Assembly: GCF_006345805.1 (NCBI RefSeq)
Contig: NC_043006.1
Span: 28,706,001 to 28,770,000 of the forward strand
DNA from: Octopus sinensis
Taxonomy: Eukaryota
Reading direction: 5' to 3'
Length of the DNA: 64,000 nt
Under the pieces are notes generated by a model. That model worked only from the letters and a program-made list of their open reading frames with translations. It did not search any database and had not been told where the DNA came from. Made by a program: the position numbers and the translations under genes. Positions within the stretch are counted from its first letter, which is position 1. Every line of letters starts with the position of its first letter. Shown one piece after another: positions 39,140-53,288 of this stretch.

Positions 39140-42100
39140 AGTAAATGTGCTCGTTTTGGCCCTTTTCATAATCAGAGATAGATCAGTCATATACCTCGAC
39201 CTCTATCACTACATTGCTGATATAGATAAAAAAAAAAGAAAAGAAACATTAAGTGGGGACAATTTTGATGGTCTTACAGGAAGCGCTAAATACATTTTTT
39301 CTCTCCACATTTTAACAACAGCAACATTGTGCCATTCCTTTTTATTTGATCCTTTCAGACACAACACGCCTGAAACAGATGCAGAATTGACCTCTGTGGT
39401 TTTTGAACTCAGACCGTGAAGAGCCGGAAGAAATGCCGTTGAGCACATTGCACGACGCTCTCATAATTCTACTCGGGAATAAGGTTCAAACTTTTGGCAC
39501 AACGTCAGCAATTTTAGTGGGAGGAAGTTAGTCAATTACAGCGACTTTAGTATTTGACAGGTACTCTATTTTAATGACCCCCCCCTCCCTGGAAAGATGA
39601 AAGGAGAAGTTGACTTCGGCGAGAATTGAACTCAAAATGCGAAGAGTAGGAATAAATATGTCAGCGTATTTTGTTCGATGCCCTAAAGATTCTGCCACCT
39701 CGCCGCTTGTTTTAAGGGAATAATAATCTTTTCTACTATAGGCACAAGGCCTGAAATTTTTGGGTGGGGTAAGTCGATTACATCGATACCAGTACTTAAC
39801 TGGTACTTATTTCGGAGACTCCCCCAAAGGTAAAGAAACGTCAAGACGGACGAAATGCTGCGAAACATTTTCTTCGGCGTGCTAATGATTCTACCAACTC
39901 GCCGCTTTATTTTAAGGGAATTAATAATAATACAAAGAGAAAAAAAAACAAGAAATGTAATTTTCCAGGAAAATTGCTTTAAAAATAGTTTTAAGTGAGT
40001 AATTAGTTTTTGAAAATGGGTGTATTTTATTTTAAATTGTTTTCACCAGAACAAATAACTAACAAAATACATAAATGTGTGATTAATAAGTAATATGGTA
40101 ATACTACTTCAAAATCACTACTTTTATTTTATTTTATATATACATTGTAATTTGGGTCAAATAGACTGAGAAGTGAAATATATTCTTAAGATTGTCTTCC
40201 TAATGTTGTCATTGTTAACGCATGTTGAATAACAACTAAAATTTAAATCGACTGCTTACTAATAAGCAATAGTAACGGCGTGAACAAGTTATTTCCGGGC
40301 AAAAGCAGACAACTTCCGGATAGGTTATTTGAAGATTTTAGTTTGAGAGGTCGGTTTAATCACAAACAATTCTTTTTTTTCTCTCTCTTTTGCTATATAC
40401 GTGAATTTTTTTTTTTTTTTTTTTTTTTTGTTGCACTTCCTCGAACACTTGACTTTATTGACAGAAGCAAATTATTTTAAATAAGTCGGTGATTCAATAA
40501 GAAAATGAGAAATGTGCTTAACGAATGACTTGAATATGCTTCAGCTGTTTTAGTCTTCGTAACTGAAGGCTGAACAAAACGCTGTGCAGGAAGTCACTCA
40601 AATATATGAGTGAAACCAGATACCAATTACGAGATAGAACTGAAGAATCGCATATTCATCGTCATTTACTTTTAGAGGAAGAAGAATAAAGAAACCAAAT
40701 CGTTAACTCGTTCTAGTCCAAAGCAATTTAACTCGTAAAGTATAAACCAGGTAAATTAGAAAGATCGGAACGGGAACAATGATAATGTCAAGATTTAAAT
40801 TATTTGACATTCAGAATTTTCACAATGTGGTAATTGATAAACCAGACGATATATTAAGTCTAGAATAATAAAAAATAAAGGTATCTTTGACAGAATCCTA
40901 TACAGTTTCTTCCTACCAAATTTTAGTCACAATGTTTTGGTCAAGATAAGACTATGGTAGAAAACACTTGTCTTCTAAGATAGTCCTTTCCTTTGACTAC
41001 TTCATAATATGGAAAGAGAGATAGAGTAACAAGAATAATGAAAAGGTAGACATAAACAACAAAAGTGACTGGCTGGCGACAGGCGCTGATAAACAATATA
41101 TTTACTCCCTCAAGAGTTGTACAAATGAAAGCCAGGTAACCCTGGAAACACTTGAGAGTAAAACAAGGTAGTCATGACTGGAACGCCAATGTATTATTTC
41201 CTGTTATAGCGATTACTATTTACGTACATTGAATGTACGTAAATGCTTAAGAAGTAAAAAATATATTCTTGTAGCACCATACAGGGACTAAAGTAAATTT
41301 TGTTGTGTCGGGTTGTTTTTAAGTTCTTAAAATTTTACTTCAGTTTCAATAAACCACTAAAACAGAAATAGCTAAATAGAGTAAATACGAGACAGCAACA
41401 AAAAAAATTTCACTTTTAGTGAAGAGTCATGGAGAAGTGAATAAGAATATAAGTGATTATTTATTTCATAATTTAAGGAAAGGTTTAAACTATTTTATTT
41501 GGTCAAGCAATGGTAATCTCATCAGTTGAGGAGGAATACCTTGACGGTAAGCATAACGAAAAGTCATTCAAGACAATACTATACATACTGTGAAGACCTT
41601 AAAGGAGTATTGTGTGTGAGAGAAGAAAGCTAAAGCTAATATGGTTATCTAAACGAAATGTCACAAGCTGAAAATGGGTTGCATATCCGCTTCTCAAGAC
41701 TAGGCAAACAAAGGTGTAACTGGCTCCTAGGTTAGCAAACGCAGAACACACAAACCCCACACACACATTAACCTACTTCGAGGCTGACTTCCATTGAATA
41801 TATCCCACGCCTATAAATATCTCAAGCAACTGTTTCAATAGACACTTTCTTCTTCAGACAAGAACCCACCGTTAACATTATCTATTATATTTTCTGGCAG
41901 ACGTAAAAATCACCTTTCTCACTTGCCTCTCATATTTCTATTAAACCTTTTATATTATCAACCCAGTCCTTCGAAGTCATTTCCTGTGAAGTGACACGAG
42001 ACTTATCTTTTGATCTAATCGCAAGTATAAAGAGGTAAGCTATACAAGGCGGTCGTTTTGTGTTATGATCAAGGAGTCTGCCACATTTTAAAGACACCTG

Positions 42101-42243
42101 TAGCTTCGTTCCAGATAGCAGTAGATTCTTCGTTGACTTTTCAAAAGTCATTCCAACAAAACTAGAAAACTAGTTAAATTTAATCCACTGATAAATCAAA
42201 GAAATATTTTCCATTATATGCATTTAACTACGTCTTGTATACA

Positions 42244-43043
42244 TCTCTCTATATATAAACGGCAGTTTGTCTGTCTGTGTGTCTGTCAGGTTGTACCCTC
42301 ACCCTGACCACGGCTTTCAACCGATTTTGATGAAACTTGACACACACATAGCCCAATGTCATAATTCAAAACTAACGCAGCGAAAATTTTGAAAAGTTCC
42401 CCCAGTTCTGAAAAAAAATCGATAAATTCGACATGGGTCGAGAATCTAAGCTTTTTATATGCAATACATTTTCTACAGACTGTCATGGGGACGCAACTCG
42501 ACCTTTTTAACTCTCGGAACACATGGGGTAAGTATCCCAAAATGTATAAAAATGTACAAAATCGGCAAAAAAGCGGGCAGCAATGTGAGTGACAACAACG
42601 AAAAAGTCAAAAGTGACCAAACCGAACAAACGAATGGAAAAGGTTTTTTGATGCACACGACAAAAGCGGTTTATAATAAACCAAGAGTTTGCAAAGTAGC
42701 GTCCGAGGACCCTTAGGGTACGTCAAAAATTTAAGGTAAAACGTTTGGGGTGGTGGTTATAAAGAAAGTGTAAACAAAAAAAGTATTCGAATAACTTGCG
42801 GCTGCAACAGCTATTAGCAGAAGTGGCGGTGTTGGGGGTAAAGTCTTGAATGTAATTTCTTCCTGGTAGCAATTGGTTGGGTTGAATTATCGATAGCTGT
42901 TTGATAGTTATTTGGGAGTGAAGAGAAGACATTGCAACCTACACATGCGCCTTCGTTCCCTAGAGGGAAAGGACTAGATTGGGATTAGTCGTTGCCTACT
43001 AGGGGCTCTTACATACCCGGGCAACGCCGGGCTATGCTGCAAG
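42244..43043 (+). mobile_element. Non-autonomous Helitron of a second family
   Basis: A|TCTCTCTATATATAAA start, cccgggcaacgccggg hairpin, CAAG|T end. Confidence 0.75.
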
Positions 43044-43367
43044 TGTTTAAATAAAATATTTCGTAAATGTTCTGAGTTATTTTTTTTTCATTAAATTAAG
43101 AAGAAAAACTCATTGCGTTTATGTGACATTTAAAACCAATTACCACGTTCAAGTGAGTTCCAATAAAGACATAGATATACCTCAACTTTGGTTTCTTTTT
43201 CGACTTAATGTGTAATTTCAGTTGATTTATCCGATTTTATACGAACTTATTTAAAAACATAGATTAAAAAAACATGTTCATGTGTATTCTATTGGATTTC
43301 CCTGAAGTAAAAAAAATTAAACAAACTACATGCGAAAATATGTAGAAACCATTTATTAGAACAGATA

Positions 43368-43879
43368 TCTATATATATATAACTGTAGTTGTGTGAGTGT
43401 CTGTCCCCTTCGATTTAGATTCCTAACTACTCCCACATTTTGCGGTGCAGTTTAACCAAATTCGGGTATCTTATAGTCGTGATTCATATCGAGCCCGTCT
43501 GAGTATTAGCGCGCGTCTACGATGAGTCTACGATTTTTAAAATAATTTAACATCATTTTTTATTCCATTTTAATGCATAATTTTTCGTGTGTCGATAGCG
43601 GCGGAGTTGGCGCCCATGGTCACACTTGCACCTGTTTGCGTCTCCCCTTCTTCCCTCCCTCGTGAAGCTGTGGGGAAGGGAGTGTAAGGAATTCAACGTC
43701 GTAAAGCGTTGTCAAGGAGACCAGCGTTCTTTTAGAACAACGACTTCATGGCTTGAAGACACCAAAACAGAAATGGCTAAGAAAGCCCGAATTGGCATCT
43801 ATAAGGGAAGTAACTCTCTAAAAATGCTTATATAGTTATTTCCCTTACAAACCCGTGCAACGCCGGGCGATACTGCTAG
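43368..43879 (+). mobile_element. Non-autonomous Helitron, complete
   Basis: A|TC start, subterminal hairpin cccgtgcaacgccggg, CTAG|T end, no TSD. Confidence 0.88.
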
Positions 43880-44776
43880 TAAGCTAATAAATGTTTTAAA
43901 CTGATTTTTCTTGTTACGTGGTTTTCCGAGTTAAGTCGTATATCTTGGAACTAATTACCGACGTAAGTCGAGGCATGCCTGTAATTCTTAGTTTTCTCCT
44001 CTCCTCCCCATGCTGAAATATTTCACTCCCAAGAAATAAATGTCTGAAAGAAATATAAAATTTACTCAGGCGTGGGTATGTAGTAAAAAGTTTGCTTTCC
44101 AACACTCCCACTGTGTGGCACCTTCAGCGGGTGTCTTCTACTATAGCCTGGGACCGACCAAAGCCTTGTGAGTGAATAAGCCTGTCATATGTATGTATAC
44201 CTATGTGTATGTGTGTCTGTTTGTCCCCCACCATTGATTGATAACCGATGTTGGTGTTTACATCTCCGTAACTTAACGGTTCTGTGAAAGAGACTGATTG
44301 AATAAGTACCAGGTTTAAAAAACGAAATAGTACTGGGCTCAATTCGTTCGACTAAAATTCTTCAAGGCAGTACACCAGCCACAGTCTAATAACTGAAACA
44401 CGTAAAAGATAAGAGATAAATAAAATACCACCTAGACTATATTTAAAGTATGGATAGAGCAACAGATTTTCTGAAGGCAGGTAATCAAATGGAATTCCGC
44501 TTATTGTAATCACTTTCAGATGAAATGTTTCAGATAATAAACAACTGACAAAATTAATTGGAGGATATAACATAATTTTGAATGATTTTGGAACCACTAA
44601 TTTTCATAACAATAACTGTTTGATAACATTCTCTTTCATGATTAATTTAAGCAACTTCTGTAGTTAACGCCATATACGGAACTTCAGTATCATTAGATCT
44701 AAATATTGGTAAAATATTTCAATATGTAACTAAATACAAGAATCCATCTATTACTAATATATAATTGTATATATAA

Positions 44777-44826
<50 letters not shown>

Positions 44827-47800
44827 TATACATAGATATAAATAGCTGAACAGAGACAAACAGAATGGTATATAAGTGTGTGTGTGTTTAAATCTGTTAC
44901 AGCATGACTTGTGTAAAATAAACACGAGCTTATCATCTCTTATCATAAACAAGAGAAAGAGGTGTTCAAGGTGGCAGCTAGCAACTTGATGTAGATGTGC
45001 GTACAGAAGTGTTTAAGGTGGTAGCAAGTAGTTAGATGTGGATATGTGTCAATAGCTTGGGGTATGGTATGAAAAGAGCATGAATATGAATGTCATTAAA
45101 TCAAGCATGTATACGAATGCTAATAAGGTCTGTAAGACCTTTAGGTTAATCTGAGCGTGTGTGTGTATGAATTCATCTCTTCTCTCTTTCTCTCTCTCAT
45201 ATGTATGTGTGCGCGCGCGCACGTGAAGACAATGAACAAAAATAAAGAAGAAAGACAACTCAGGAAGAAAAGTTTTAATAAATGCATTAGCTTGATGCAT
45301 AAAAATGAAGGAAAACACAACGTTTCGGATGTTAGTCCTTCACCAGAAGAAAAGTATAGATGAAAATGAAAGATGGAATGTGAAAGAGAAAGAGAAGGAG
45401 AAAAAGATAAAAAGTACGAGCGAGGAGTTTGGGGGCCAGGTGGAAATACGGTTCTATAGCGGGGTAGTTAAGAGGGGAAGGAGCATGAACGAGTGTATTC
45501 GTGCTTTAACTGAGCACGAGCGCGCGGGTTAGGGATGGCTTTCATCAGAAGTCTGTTCATATTGCGGTCGGCTTTGCCTTTCATACTTTTGGAGTTGATA
45601 AATAAGTACCAGTTAAGCACTAAGTTCGGTGTAATCAGCTGCTCTCTCCGTCACAATTTCAAGTCTTGTGCCTATAGAGGAATATGGTGTGTGTGTGTGT
45701 GTGCGCCCGCGCGCGATGCTTGTCACTGGATTCCGGTTACTAGTACTTAGGGAGTGGGATACGTGCTGTAGAAGCGTATGCCACTTTAATCCAACGACAT
45801 ACAAATGTCTCATTCCATCTAGTTCAACATGTCACTCTGTAAAAATCCTGCAGCAATGGAGGAGTGGCGACGAAGGGACACGCCAGAGCACATGGATATA
45901 ACGAATATTATCGGGATGATATGGAGTGAGTTATCATCTGTTAAGAGGAAGCTATCATCATGTAGCATGCATGTATCTATGAATATATGTTTGTGAGTGC
46001 TTTTCTATGAAGTTCTTCACAATTCACGCCGCAGAAAAAGTGACAAGGCTTCTTTTGTTTAAGTTAAGATAGTTCTAGACATCTGTAAATGAGTTAGTGT
46101 GTGTATATATGTAGGCACATGTGGGTATATACTTGCACTCATATAACGAATCTCTTCTATGTCTCTTTAACACACAAATGTGTGTAAAAGAAATATATTA
46201 AGGAGAATAAATATTATAAATGCGTGTTTTATTACTCATTATGAATGTATATATACCCATAGCCGCGCATATACGATTAAATGGTTTAAGAACGATATAA
46301 TGCCGGCATTTTTGGTCAGCTACTAATGATGTAGTTGATGTCTTCAACACAGGTATGGCGCAAACAGTTTCTATCGTAAAGTGGTGTTTTGGACGAATCC
46401 TTATCTATTTTATTGACCAGGTATTTAGGAACTACTTCCTGTTCTTGGATAGCGAAAACTATAGTATTCCAGATGAGGTCGGTTGTCCTTATAGTAGATC
46501 CTGGGGAGCGGGGTAATATTCCTACCAATATTATTGATATTCTCAAAATGCTTACTAACAATTCATTCGTCTTTACGTTCCGAGTTCAAATTCCGCCGAG
46601 GTCGACTTTACCTTACACCCTTTCGGAGATCGATACAATAAGTACCAGTTGAACACAGTGGTCGATGTAATCGACTTACCCACCTACCTCGAATTTGTTG
46701 GCCATGTGCGAAAATTTGAAACCAATATTGTTGGTATCCTTTAGCTTCCGGGGTAATTTTCTACTGATGTGATTAGTATTTATCCTCCAAGTTTCTGTTC
46801 AAGGTAGGTAGGTTAGTCCCACAACCCTTGGTTCACATGGAGCAGGTAACACTCAGAGTACTTACGAGTACTTATTCCAGAATTTTAAGCTTAATCTCAT
46901 GATTTTTATTACCTTTGCTGTAGAAAGTATACATGTGATGAGCTCATCTCGCATTTTACTGGCTCAGCAAGTGTTGTCTGAGTGACATGATTTGATACTC
47001 AAAAGCTGTCTGGACTGACTTTTATGCCTCACCCTCCCCATCACTCTATTGATCTTTTCAATTTGGCTCCCCCACCCCTTATTTTATTGAGTATTTCTAC
47101 ACAGATGTAGTTTTGCATGCCAATTACAAAAATCACAATCATTTTTGGTGAAAGTAATTAAAAAGTTATTAACTTTTGCATGATTGAAACTCTTTTATCC
47201 ATTCACGTTTATCCATTTTCGATATTCCATCCAGCAAACTATCTTCACGTTAGGGGTTAGAGTTAAGGTTTAGGACTGGATTTATGGTTAGTGTTATTAT
47301 GGTTTGCAGTACATCACCAAAGAATTTCATTATAAATGTTAATTCGGTTTCTTTCATTAGGTATTTTCATTTCTAAAGATTTTGTAACATTTCTTTTCTA
47401 AAAAAAAAAAATAGTTGTAACTTTTCCTTGCGCCGCATTTAGGAAACAAACAAACAAAAGAATTATGGCAATTTCCATAATATTGTCACAACGTGTACAA
47501 TATGGATCGGTCTGATTGGCTAAAATGTTTTTTTAAATTTCAATCTCTGAACGTTTCGTAACTATTTCTTTATCAATTTCTCCAAAAATGTTTATGATCT
47601 TCGAAATTAGCATGATAAACTACATCAATATAAAAACCAAAAAGATTTTCTGTTTATCTGAGGTCCCATTTGGGGTTAGTGTCATCTTGAAATCCATATG
47701 GCGGATTTATCTGAGTATCCAGTCTAATATTGTAGATGGTGAAAGTGTATTGAACAGCTACCAACTTTCTAAGCTAGGATTCGAAACCTAATCCACGTTT

Positions 47801-48102
47801 TTTCCTCAAGTCATCAGCCTATTGTTTTCGTCTGTTGCACTAAGAAATGTATGAGAATATGCTGACTTCATCTTTCACGAGGCATTTATCAGCTGAATAG
47901 AGAGGAAAAATATCTATTTTCGCTTCACCTAATTAGTTACGAAAAATATAAATACACGAAGCCAAATCGCTTTCATCGTGTTTGGTTTCTACTTCTAATC
48001 AGAGACCGTCTCTTTTTCTTCCTCCTGCTTTCCGTCCACGATGGAGAAGCAACGTCATTATGCGTGGGACAACACACTACTTTTACTCTCTACTTACTTT
48101 GA

Positions 48103-48199
<97 letters not shown>

Positions 48200-48299
48200 T
48201 TACGAGATGAAACTATCATACAGGATGGACTAGAGATCTCAAATAACTTGTGTATGTACACAAACAACTCCACGAAGTTGTATTTTCTATTTTGTACGA

Positions 48300-49320
48300 T
48301 AGTGGACACGGTTCCGTTAATCCGCTAACAGCTAATTAGCGAAGCTAACTTTTCGTTTAGCGGATTAGCGTTTCCGCCAATTTTGAAAACCGTTAGCGGC
48401 CCAATTACCTTCGGCTAAATTCAAGTCTGCTTACAAAATTCATACGCATGTTGTGGACGTGTCTCGAAGAGTCCGTCAGGCACGCTATTGGCTGACTACG
48501 TGTACACGTGACAAGATATGATTGCTCGACGCAGCAGAAACTAAGCAGCATTGTGTAATTGTGCAGTTTTGAGTTGTGTTCACTTACGACGTTGTCACAC
48601 TACAGACAGTCTTACAGTGTCAGCAACAGTAGTGTAAGCTATCGGCTTATCAAGTCATCGCTTATCGTTATGGATGGTGAAGACGTTTTTGTTCGGCCTG
48701 AGGATGAAGGGCCTGTTGAGGAGTCTGCAATAGCTGCGGTTGAGGCAGAGGTCGCTCAGGTTGAAAGAGAAGAGTCTCAGAACCCGTGGTTCCAACTGGA
48801 GGACTACATTATTCTTACGTCAAGGGATAAGAGGAACGCCAAAATCCTGTACTTCCGGTGCGTTATATGCCAGTCCAAGGAGATCACAGTCAAGAGACAT
48901 GCGGTGAGCCTCTACAACTTGATGTCGCATGTCGAGAGGAAAAACCAAGCGCATGCCATTCAGATTGAGGAGAGAATCGAGGCTGGCTCTTCCCGTTGGA
49001 AACACAGGTAATCTTCAGGTAGCAGCGCCAGTAGCCAGTCATCGTAGCCATGTGAAAAGAAAGTACGACAGGCCAGCATTGGCGAGGCGTTTGCTCAAAC
49101 TGCTGGCACTTGCGTCCGCCCCTCTCCAGTGCACAGAGGATTGTAGACATGTTTGTCGACAACATGCTACCGCTGCATGTAGCAGAGTACCCCATTTTTG
49201 TCGGCTTGATCAAGACGCTGAACCCGAAGAAGACGTCAATGTCTCGCCGCACCCTGGGCAGGTTGATCATGGCCAGCCATAAACAGCTTAAGGAATATCT
49301 TACAAGATATTTATAAATCA
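48300..49320 (+). mobile_element. 5' portion of a hAT transposon (BED-like finger + N-terminal DNA-binding region), disrupted
   Basis: Subterminal ccgctaa/ttagcgg repeats at 48320-48410. ORF from 48670 with FRCVICQ...SLYNLMSHVERK, then IVDMFVDNMLPLHVAEYPIFVGLIKTLNPKKTSMSRRTLGRLI; stops and frameshifts; no DDE core seen. Confidence 0.75.
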
Positions 49321-49859
49321 AAATTATACAAGTTTATTAAATCTTTATTACGGCGTACTTCATTAAATAATTATGTTCTTAATGTAATAAAATGTATAAT
49401 AATTAACTGAAAGAAATATCATAATATATAATATACGGTATATATATATTCCACACATGATTAAGTCTGCGCAGCCAGAACAGCAGTCATTAATGAAATA
49501 ACGAATTAACGAACTTTAAGTTCTGAACTTATTAAATTCCGACCATTATTCCATCACCGCCTCCAACGCGACACCTATCAGGGCAGTGTCACTATTTTCA
49601 AAAGTTTAATAACAAGGCTTTAAATTATAAGCAATATATTCATGAATTTCGAACAGCTTAGTAACAAGAGTTAAACTACAGTCCGTGTGATTTCTATAAA
49701 CAAAATATGGTTATACGATACAGCAATCACATTTCCTGCTTCCTTGCAACCAGCGAAAAAAATTGTATAACTCACGTGATCACAAAAACCATTGCTGCTA
49801 GAACAGAGATGCGCATGAGGGCTAGTTTCGTTCGTTTAGTAGGCCTTGATCATACACTA

Positions 49860-49861
49860 TA

Positions 49862-49906
<45 letters not shown>

Positions 49907-49910
49907 TATA

Positions 49911-49948
<38 letters not shown>

Positions 49949-50288
49949 TATATACATATACATATATATATACTTATAAATATATATGCATACATACATA
50001 TATATATGTATATACAATATATATGTATATACATATATAATATATATACACACATATATATATATATACACATATATATATATACATATACATATATACA
50101 TATACAATATATATATACACATATATATATACACATATATATATGTATACACATATATATATACACATATATATATATACACATATATATATATACACAT
50201 ATATATATATTACACATATATATATATACATATACATATATACATATACATATATATATATACATATACATATATACATATACATATA

Positions 50289-50333
<45 letters not shown>

Positions 50334-50341
50334 CATATATA

Positions 50342-50386
<45 letters not shown>

Positions 50387-50388
50387 CA

Positions 50389-50441
<53 letters not shown>

Positions 50442-50485
50442 CATATGTATATTTACATATATACGTATAAATATATACATATATA
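49860..50485. repeat. ~620-bp compound (TA)n/(TATACA)n microsatellite
   Basis: Seen directly; it is the source of the many Y/I/T/H-rich spurious ORFs. Other long microsatellites: (CA)n 13270-13437, (CT)n 7385-7478, 36858-36934, 48107-48195, (GATA)n 53770-53858. Confidence 0.97.
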
Positions 50486-51308
50486 GGATCTCTTCCTTTT
50501 GAACGGCAGTTTTCAACACAATTTCTAGTTAACTAAACACTTTTAAATTTCGTATACTGGTAGAATGTGTTTATAAAACATCATTTTTTTCTTGGCTTTA
50601 TTGAGAAAATTCTATATGTAACATATTTCGACTTTAATTTCGAGCATTTCGGCAATTTTAACCAATCGCTGACCTCCATTTGGGGTGAAAACATTCCGTG
50701 CTGTATGAATATGTCCCTCGTTTAAGAAACAGATTGGGTTTATTTACATTTGCGAAGAAAAAAAGATATTCTCCCCCACCCCTAACCCTAACTCTAAACC
50801 TAACCCTAAAATAGATTGAAATGCAATAGATCGATACTAGGGTTATAATTATGAGTGACAATTTCATTTGACACCGCTAGAAAAAAATCCCATTTTCCGT
50901 AGCGGTGTCGTATGAAATTGTCACCCATAATTATAACCTAGTATCGATCTATTGCATTTCAATCTATTTTAGGGTTAGGGTTAGAGTTATGGTTAGGGTT
51001 AGGGTTAGGGGTGGGGGGAAGGGTATCTTTTTTTCTTCGCAAATGTAAATAAACCCAATCTGTTTCTTAAACGAGGGACATATTCATACAGCACGGAATG
51101 TTTTCACCCCAAATGGAGGTCAGCGATTGGTTAAAATTGCCGAAATGCTCGAAATTAAAGTCGAAATATGTTACAACATATAGAATTTTCTCAATAAAGC
51201 CAAGAAAAAATGATGTTTTATAAACACATTCTACCAGTATACGAAGTTTAAAAGTGTTTAGTTAACTAGAAATTGTGTTGAAAACTGCCGTTCAAAAGGA
51301 AAAGATCC
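50486..51308. mobile_element. Palindromic (fold-back) dimer of the MITE
   Basis: Two ~400-bp inverted arms with a ~20-bp spacer at ~50880-50900. Direct repeat catatata at 50478-50485 and 51309-51316. Confidence 0.88.
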
Positions 51309-51486
51309 CATATATATATGTATTCATAAATATATATATAAATATATGTGTATGTTTTCAACGTGTACAAATAACAGGGGGGAAAATAAATAGTTACCAG
51401 GGTAGAAAAAGTTCACATGAGTACGAAGGATGTCGCAGCCTACTAACAAAGGTAGAAATTCTAGGGTTTAGTGAAATGTTTCTGTA

Positions 51487-51586
51487 NNNNNNNNNNNNNN
51501 NNNNNNNNNNNNNNNNNNNNNNNNNNNNNNNNNNNNNNNNNNNNNNNNNNNNNNNNNNNNNNNNNNNNNNNNNNNNNNNNNNNNNN
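51487..51586. other. Assembly gap (100 N)
   Basis: Run of exactly 100 n. Confidence 0.99.
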
Positions 51587-51778
51587 ATGCATTAGAATTT
51601 TTAGAGATATTTCAGAATTTCAACACGTAGTTTAAGTGGGTGCTTCACAATTCATAGCTGACTGTATGTATGTATATATGTATGGCATACTTACACAAAT
51701 GTGCCCCTTCTTGAAGTTTTCCAGATATGCCTTTATACACACACACACACACACACACACATGCACATGTATATATAC

Positions 51779-51822
<44 letters not shown>

Positions 51823-52023
51823 TTAACATTAATGAATAGACAAATAAAACATCGCTTTTATTTGGTATTTGGGTGCAGCTTGGTGTGTATTGCCTCTATC
51901 TAATGTATTCCAATTACTCATGTAATGAACAAACTAATGAAAAGGGCTCTGGAACAGATTCTGTTCATATATAGAGATCTTAGGCTCGTCTGTACACACA
52001 CGCACGCGCACACACACACATAC

Positions 52024-52073
<50 letters not shown>

Positions 52074-52099
52074 ACACACACACACACACAAATATCTAT

Positions 52100-52392
52100 C
52101 TATCTATCTATCCGCTCAGTCGAAGTCGACTCTCGGTTACTCGATGGATCAGTGTCCTCCAGTCAGTTCTATCCTGGGCCGCTTCTTTCAGATTGGCTAT
52201 GTCCATTCCGGTATCACTCTTGATGGTGTCAAGCCAGCGGGTTCTTGGTCGGCCTCTTCCTCTCTTGCCACTGACCATTCCGAGCATGATGTCCTTCTCC
52301 AGGGATTTTCTCCGCATAGTATGACCAAAATATGCCTATCTATGCTTGGTGATCCTAACTTCTAGCGACGTTTTCGGCCTGATCTGCTTAAG
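52100..52392 (-). mobile_element. RTE-BovB-like LINE 3' end, copy 1
   Basis: YFGHTMRRKSLEKDIMLGMVSGKRGRGRPRTRWLDTIKSD...DRTDWRTLIHRVTESRLRLSG* followed by a (GATA)n tail. Confidence 0.85.
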
Positions 52393-52455
52393 AACACACA
52401 CACGCACACACACACACACACACACGCACGCGCGCAGTCACACACACACACACAC

Positions 52456-52501
<46 letters not shown>

Positions 52502-52763
52502 AAGAGACGTACATGTTTTTGTTATTTATTTTTTTTATACTTGTTTCAGTCATTTGACTGCAGGTATGCTGGAGCACCACCTTTAGGCGAGCGAATCGAC
52601 CCCTGGACTTATTACTTGTAAACGTAGTACATATTCTATCGGTGTCTTTTGCCGCACCGCTCAGTTACGGCGAAGTAAACACACCAACTTTGGTTGTCAA
52701 GCTATGGTGTGTGTGGGGGGGGGACAAACACAGACACATAAACACACACCACACACAACACAC

Positions 52764-52845
<82 letters not shown>

Positions 52846-53194
52846 GGATTCTTTCAGTTTCTGTCTACCAAATCCATTCACAAGGCTTAGGTCGGCCTGA
52901 GGTTATAGTGGAAGACGCTTGTCCAAGGTTCCACACAGTGGCAATGAACCCGGAACCATGTGATTGGGAAGAGAGCTTTTTATCACACAGCCACGCCTGT
53001 GTGTATGTATGTATGTTGCCATGCGTATATATTGGCACATGTGTCTGTTGATTTGTATTTATTTTGTTCATATGCATATTGAAATATATGTATACTCGTA
53101 TTGGCATATATATATGTCTGTTTGCAAGTATATATATTTTGCATATATGTACAATGCTATGTATATGTATTGGCATATTATTATTATATATATA

Positions 53195-53238
<44 letters not shown>

Positions 53239-53288
53239 CATATATATATATATATACACACCACACACACACACACACAAATATCTAT

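Noticed and set aside
49846-50519. Long Y/I/T/H-rich ORFs up to 166 aa
   Set aside because: Translations of (TA)n/(TACA)n microsatellite. The same applies to ORFs at about 7286-7646, 13262-13624, 18700-19100, 52964-53872 and 58241-59469.
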